A stretch of DNA of 27,822 nt from an uncultured Fibrobacterota bacterium (GTDB lineage: Bacteria > Fibrobacterota > Chitinivibrionia > Chitinivibrionales > CAYFVL01), in the NCBI GenBank assembly GCA_964513105.1, contig CAZEMW010000001.1, forward strand, positions 1 through 27,822. Direction: 5' to 3'. Below the pieces are notes generated by a model. It saw nothing but the letters and a program-made list of their open reading frames with translations. It ran no database searches and was not told where the DNA came from. Below, piece after piece: positions 23,620-27,822 of this stretch. The number at the start of each line of letters is the position of its first letter. Position 1 is the stretch's first letter. A program made the translations under genes and the position numbers.

Positions 23620-24807
23620 CTATGCGTTCTTTCCTCTCAAATCAGTCCAACCGCGAGTGCGAACAAAGATCGTCACGTCTGTCCTGTTACCAGACACGGT
23701 TTCAATCTTAGCCGAAATAGTACCATCCTCTGTCTGTACATCCAATTGTGCCCAGTAATCTGGTCCATATGAATCACTAGCTGCCGTGACAAACTTATCG
23801 AGATATATTCTAACCCCGGCATTAGCAGTGTCCAAAACACCGTCGTACAGATTCAGGTTCCAAGAACCATCGACAGAGCCGTTTGAGATCAGAACCTGCA
23901 ACGATAGATGAGCGACAACCGAAAGAGCCGCAGGGACACTTAAAGAATATGACGACACCGACGGTGCTTCGTCGGGCGTCAAACCATTTACATCCAAAAC
24001 GGTGCCGGACTGCCAGCAAAAACGATCTCCGAACTGAACGAACTTGCGAATCTTCGTGGTAGCATCCACATAGTATATGGAACCGATACGCCTATAACGG
24101 TCAAAATTGTTGGCTCCTGCGTTGTCGGCATTGAGCAACACCCCAGCATTGAGATTGCTGTCAAATCCAAAATCGACCGCACCATCAACACTGCGCCCGA
24201 TGAGAAAGACATGATACCATGTGCCGCTGGTCAGGGTTAATCCGCTTCCGCCGGCACTTGGAAAACCTCCATCGTTGCCCGGCGCCCATGTGGCATCAAT
24301 ACGCTTTGTAACCTGAACTCCCGGCGCCATAATTAGCGTATTTGAGCTATCAATTGCTGCTCCCGGGTTAATGTCTAAATCATATGCGTCCACATCATTT
24401 ACAGACATCTCCAGCCCAGCAATATGATTGCGCGCGAGAGCGTTCAGCGATGCCAAATTAGCCAACGGCAGCTGACCGGCAACCTCGGCAGCTCCAGTCA
24501 GCAGCACCTTCGGCTGACTACCATCGACATCCAAGCCATCGCACAACATGCCCTGATAATGCTCCCAAACAGCTCCTCCGTCGGTGATTTGCTGACGTAC
24601 GGTCGGGGCACCAGGCCATGAAGGGGCAGAGCCACCGGTGAGACCAGAGGTTATACACCTCCAGCAATTGCCGTTTCCATCCTCTATAAGCTGCCCGAGT
24701 TCGACCACAGTGCCGGCAGGCCATGCGGCAGCATCACCGCCGCCATATATTCGATTCGCCAACTGAGGCGTAAAATCATTTCCATCTACGAATCTTGTCT
24801 TCGCCAT
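23620..24807 (-). CDS. Phage tail fibre protein
   Basis: Last gene of the module, directly after the YmfQ-like gene. Contains TWYHVFLIG...YRRIGSI...FVQFGDRF, a recurrent tail-fibre segment; Gly/Ser/Thr/Asp-rich. Confidence 0.75.
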   Translation of the reverse strand: MAKTRFVDGNDFTPQLANRIYGGGDAAAWPAGTVVELGQLIEDGNGNCWRCITSGLTGGSAPSWPGAPTVRQQITDGGAVWEHYQGMLCDGLDVDGSQPKVLLTGAAEVAGQLPLANLASLNALARNHIAGLEMSVNDVDAYDLDINPGAAIDSSNTLIMAPGVQVTKRIDATWAPGNDGGFPSAGGSGLTLTSGTWYHVFLIGRSVDGAVDFGFDSNLNAGVLLNADNAGANNFDRYRRIGSIYYVDATTKIRKFVQFGDRFCWQSGTVLDVNGLTPDEAPSVSSYSLSVPAALSVVAHLSLQVLISNGSVDGSWNLNLYDGVLDTANAGVRIYLDKFVTAASDSYGPDYWAQLDVQTEDGTISAKIETVSGNRTDVTIFVRTRGWTDLRGKNA

Positions 24808-24816
24808 GCATCCGCC

Positions 24817-25317
24817 TTACGGTTGATAAACAAACGTGATTTCTGTATGTGCTCTTTTTATATCGTTGAGCAGAGTTTCCAGATCTGTCGCCGGCCCGGC
24901 GACACCATGCACCGTGACCGTCCAGCTCCACAACGACCCACCGTCGTATAATGTAGCCGGCAACTGAAACGTGAATCGAGCCGTACCGACATGTGGCGAA
25001 ATAGTAATCGTGTACCCTCGGCCGGACGCGAGGGAAACGTAGAACCCCTCATGACACCCACCACGCTGCTGCCGTCGTGCAACCAGTCGGTTGCGACGTT
25101 CCGACAACGACATGCCGGTGTCAGTCTGCAGACCATACACCGTCTCAAATCGACCGATCGATTCTGCAGAGACGGTATCCTCAAACATGTCGGCTTTCAG
25201 AGTGTCCAGTCTCGCTTCAGCAGCATCCAGAGCAGATCCGATTGAATAAAAATCGGCATCGGAAATCCCATTCAGAGGGATAGCGAACAGCAGTTGGAGA
25301 GCATCACGATGCATCAT
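24817..25317 (-). CDS. YmfQ/DUF2313 (Mu gp48-like) baseplate/tail protein
   Basis: DMFEDTV...RFETVYGL...LSERRNRLVARRQQRGG...FYVSLA..RGYTITI; position immediately after baseplate J. Confidence 0.82.
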   Translation of the reverse strand: MMHRDALQLLFAIPLNGISDADFYSIGSALDAAEARLDTLKADMFEDTVSAESIGRFETVYGLQTDTGMSLSERRNRLVARRQQRGGCHEGFYVSLASGRGYTITISPHVGTARFTFQLPATLYDGGSLWSWTVTVHGVAGPATDLETLLNDIKRAHTEITFVYQP

Positions 25318-26501
25318 GATACCGTCACACTTCCTTCGTCGGTGCGGATCACGGTAGTCGCCGCAGGATCAACGTCACCTGCAGGAGTAGTGACATCTGC
25401 GCCGTCGGCTCCATTATCAATGCAAATCGCCGCCAATTTCGTCCGATACAGAGTGTCGCCCGGCCCCAGCGAGTTCACCCATGCGATGATATCGCTTTTT
25501 GCCGATTCGCGGTCGCAATCACCGTGCGCGGTGACCGCGATAGTTTGGGTCGTAAACTCCGGCCGAAGAAGACGGACATTGCCGGATGGGAGATCGGCAG
25601 GCGCTTTATCAAGAACCTGCGCCCGAACCACCTCGATAAGCGTGTCGGACGGGTTACCGTCGGAAAGTGAACTCAGGATATAATTGTCTACAGTTCCCAC
25701 TCCCTGCGCGAGCGGAAAACAAAATGCCTCAGTGACATATTCCGCTCCGGCCGAGAAACGGATTTCCATAACATCCGCCCCGGCTCCGGGGGTATTCTCT
25801 AAACGGGCTCGCCAATAACGATGAGAACCGTCGGCCGTCCAGATCATCGGATTCCAGCCTGCGGCACCAACGACAAAACCAGTTCCGACTGGCGTGTAGG
25901 CAATATCGTCATCTGAGTGCTCCACGGTCCATGTTGAGGTATTCCCGGCAGCAGACATGTAGAACTCACACTTCACATATTGCCGGTGATTTCCGGCTCC
26001 GCAATCTATTACAATAGCGGCTCCGGGAGTCGCCGTATCTACATCAAAAGCTTTGGTGGCTTCACTGCCGTCCACGCACTGCGATGCGGAAAACGCCCCC
26101 AAACCTGTGCCGGAGAGCATTGCCGATGTTGGATTATGCTGATAGTTGGCTGTGACCGATTTTTCTTTTGCCCATATCGGATAATCGTACTTGTTGCCGC
26201 CCCGACCAGGTGCTCGTCGAGTTTCCAAAAGGCGGGAGAGCAGAGAAGCATCAGTTTCGCCCTCCGAGCGAACGATTCCATCGAGAAAAGCATGGTGTTC
26301 CAATTCCTCTCGATCCGCCGTATCCGGCCATATTTGAAACTTGGTCCGCTCCCGACGTTTGTCCATACCCCAGATGGCAGACGCCACGCACGCGAATCGA
26401 AGGAAATTCAGCGTTCCCTCGGACACGTCTTCCTCCGGTGCCTGATTGCGGTAGTCGGTCAGTAGAGTAGACAGCAATTCATCAAATGACGGCGTCGCCA
26501 T
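25314..26501 (-). CDS. Baseplate J/gp47-like wedge protein with an inserted discoidin-like domain
   Basis: IWPDTADREELEHHA, GETDASLLSRL, GGNKYDYPIWA and AFCFPLAQGVGTVD. About 140 extra aa lie between WAKE and VTEAFCFP. Confidence 0.85.
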   Translation of the reverse strand: MATPSFDELLSTLLTDYRNQAPEEDVSEGTLNFLRFACVASAIWGMDKRRERTKFQIWPDTADREELEHHAFLDGIVRSEGETDASLLSRLLETRRAPGRGGNKYDYPIWAKEKSVTANYQHNPTSAMLSGTGLGAFSASQCVDGSEATKAFDVDTATPGAAIVIDCGAGNHRQYVKCEFYMSAAGNTSTWTVEHSDDDIAYTPVGTGFVVGAAGWNPMIWTADGSHRYWRARLENTPGAGADVMEIRFSAGAEYVTEAFCFPLAQGVGTVDNYILSSLSDGNPSDTLIEVVRAQVLDKAPADLPSGNVRLLRPEFTTQTIAVTAHGDCDRESAKSDIIAWVNSLGPGDTLYRTKLAAICIDNGADGADVTTPAGDVDPAATTVIRTDEGSVTVS

Positions 26502-26845
26502 TATACCACCTCGATGAAGTCTTCATAGGTTATGACATTGTCATCCGGCCTGATCGCCGTGATTTTGAAATCGATTTGTCCGGGATAATCCGAGACTTCA
26601 GTTTCGCATGCGATCTCCAGAACATCTCCCCGCGTTCGCAGATCGATAACGGACTCCAAAATCAAATCTCGCAGTAATGCCGCACCGGCAGGCGTCGCCT
26701 TCTTAACCATATGGAAACGGTGCCCGCGCTCCGGGGAAACAAAAAGCGTCCCTCGAGGAACATGCGTCCGCAAATACAGCTTTGTTACGAGCGCATCACC
26801 TTCAGCAACCGCTACGCCCCGACCATTTTCCAGATCGATGTTCAT
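26501..26845 (-). CDS. Mu gp46-like baseplate wedge protein (gp25-like fold)
   Basis: 114 aa directly upstream of baseplate J; LYLRTHVPRGTLFVSPERGHRFH; C-terminal FIEVV. Confidence 0.7.
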   Translation of the reverse strand: MNIDLENGRGVAVAEGDALVTKLYLRTHVPRGTLFVSPERGHRFHMVKKATPAGAALLRDLILESVIDLRTRGDVLEIACETEVSDYPGQIDFKITAIRPDDNVITYEDFIEVV

Positions 26846-27342
26846 GACCGGCTCTTCCGTCGACGAGATTTTTGAGTCGGATCATTAGCAGGCGCATCAT
26901 CACATGCAGCGAATACCGGTGCCAAATGCGAGGCGATTATAGCAACCAATTTGCCCTCTCCGCTAAACGCATCCCGTTTGATTGGTACGATGTTGACGTT
27001 CCGAGTTTCCTGGGTGAGAGCATCATTCAAGCCTTCTTGTCGACATCGCTCATCGAGCAGATCCGTCGCATACACCATGTTCAGTTTTTCCACCTCTTCC
27101 TTGAGAGCAGCGTCTTTGAGTGTCAGCCTGGCCTTTTCGACCGCTTGCTCGTACTCCTGAACTCGCTTTGGTTTCTTCAGACTATTGCGAAAACCTTCAG
27201 CGACTGCACGGACACTTTCCTTGTTCATGGCGATATCAATCGATGTGGGCCAATCGCATTTCACATCAGCCTGAGCCATAACATCTGGCAAGTCGTACAA
27301 GTCCAAACATTGCTTAATAGTTAACTTCATTTCACTCATCAT
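26842..27342 (-). CDS. Hypothetical phage protein, helical/coiled-coil
   Basis: 166 aa; RBS GGAGG upstream; ATGA-coupled to the gp46-like gene; charged heptad-like segment QEYEQAVEKARLTLKDAALKEEVEKL. Confidence 0.75.
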   Translation of the reverse strand: MMSEMKLTIKQCLDLYDLPDVMAQADVKCDWPTSIDIAMNKESVRAVAEGFRNSLKKPKRVQEYEQAVEKARLTLKDAALKEEVEKLNMVYATDLLDERCRQEGLNDALTQETRNVNIVPIKRDAFSGEGKLVAIIASHLAPVFAACDDAPANDPTQKSRRRKSRS

Positions 27343-27389
27343 TTCCCTCCATCTTATTAGTGTATATCACATCACACAGCAACCAACCG

Positions 27390-27822
27390 TCAAGCCATCT
27401 TTACTGCGTACCATTGTCCGTCGGCCACTTTGGCGCAGAACACCATCTTATCAGAACCCTGCATGGTTATCGTCCGAGAAATACCACCATCAAGGTATAT
27501 ATTGAAACCGTTGCCGGCAGAGTTCTCAATCACACACCAATCCCCGCGAGTATTATCCTCAGATACCAATACAATGCTCGTCCCTCCGCCACTATCAACG
27601 CTCGTAACGTCAATATAATTCCTATCTACTGTTAAGGAATGATTACCTGAGCTGTAGGATACGTCTTTCGTGACACCACGAGAAAAAAGTCCAGGGATTC
27701 TGAACTGTCCGGTAGAATAATGCGCTCTGTAGAGCATGTCTCCATTGTGGGACCACAGTTCCAAATAGTTTGCGTCACCTGTGCCGTTCCCTTTATAGTC
27801 AAGGTGATAACCAAAGCTTTGA
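27390..27822 (-). CDS. C-terminal part of a beta-rich tail fibre/spike-like protein (5' end outside the window)
   Basis: The frame is open from the window end (QSFGYHLDYKGNGTGDANYLELWSHNG...) to the stop at 27390. The ORF-track 'start' at 27764 is an internal TTG. Confidence 0.7.
   Translation of the reverse strand, partial: QSFGYHLDYKGNGTGDANYLELWSHNGDMLYRAHYSTGQFRIPGLFSRGVTKDVSYSSGNHSLTVDRNYIDVTSVDSGGGTSIVLVSEDNTRGDWCVIENSAGNGFNIYLDGGISRTITMQGSDKMVFCAKVADGQWYAVKMA

Larger units (their letters stand above)
23620..27822 (-). mobile_element. Distal tail/baseplate module of a Mu/P2-type contractile-tail prophage (or tail-derived element), continuing beyond the window
   Basis: Co-oriented, translationally coupled genes (ATGA overlaps at 26842-26845 and 25314-25317; TAATG overlap at 26501) in the order gp46-like, baseplate J, YmfQ/gp48-like, tail fibre. 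Confidence 0.85.

Noticed and set aside
21387-23620. Restriction endonuclease, integrase or tRNA attachment site near the phage boundary
   Set aside because: No ORF of suitable size or motif remains, and no tRNA-like cloverleaf was recognised.
23620-24807. Diversity-generating retroelement or invertible fibre cassette
   Set aside because: No reverse transcriptase, template/variable repeat pair, invertase or duplicated fibre end is visible in the window.

Overview
This window is mostly chromosomal DNA from a moderately GC-rich bacterium. The T9SS-like C-terminal tail on a large secreted protein and the GntR/LacI hybrid regulators suggest the FCB group, possibly Fibrobacterota (inference only). 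From 1 to 23.3 kb it encodes: a divergent PRPP synthetase, a TM1266-like small regulator, a secreted five-bladed-propeller glycosidase-like protein, a Gfo/Idh/MocA oxidoreductase, two paralogous double-wHTH GntR/LacI-type regulators, a DUF2846-like lipoprotein, a membrane Ser/Thr kinase with PEGA repeats, an outer-membrane beta-barrel, a class-I flavin disulfide reductase, an amylo-alpha-1,6-glucosidase-like gene with an apparent premature stop, a frameshifted TIGR04283-like GT2 pseudogene, a ~1056-aa modular PQQ-like propeller protein, and a C5 DNA methyltransferase-Vsr pair with no restriction endonuclease in view. From 23.6 kb to the window end is the distal tail module of a Mu/P2-type contractile-tail element (gp46-like, baseplate J, YmfQ/gp48-like, tail fibre) on the minus strand. 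The most notable observations are a discoidin-like domain inserted inside baseplate J, a 165-bp centred-palindrome MITE candidate with a solo end elsewhere, a dispersed GCAGCTCCGTCCCC repeat family, a repeat-rich junction with 22-bp periodicity at the phage edge, and a 160-nt rod-like candidate structured RNA. All family assignments come from motif recognition; no database search was run.
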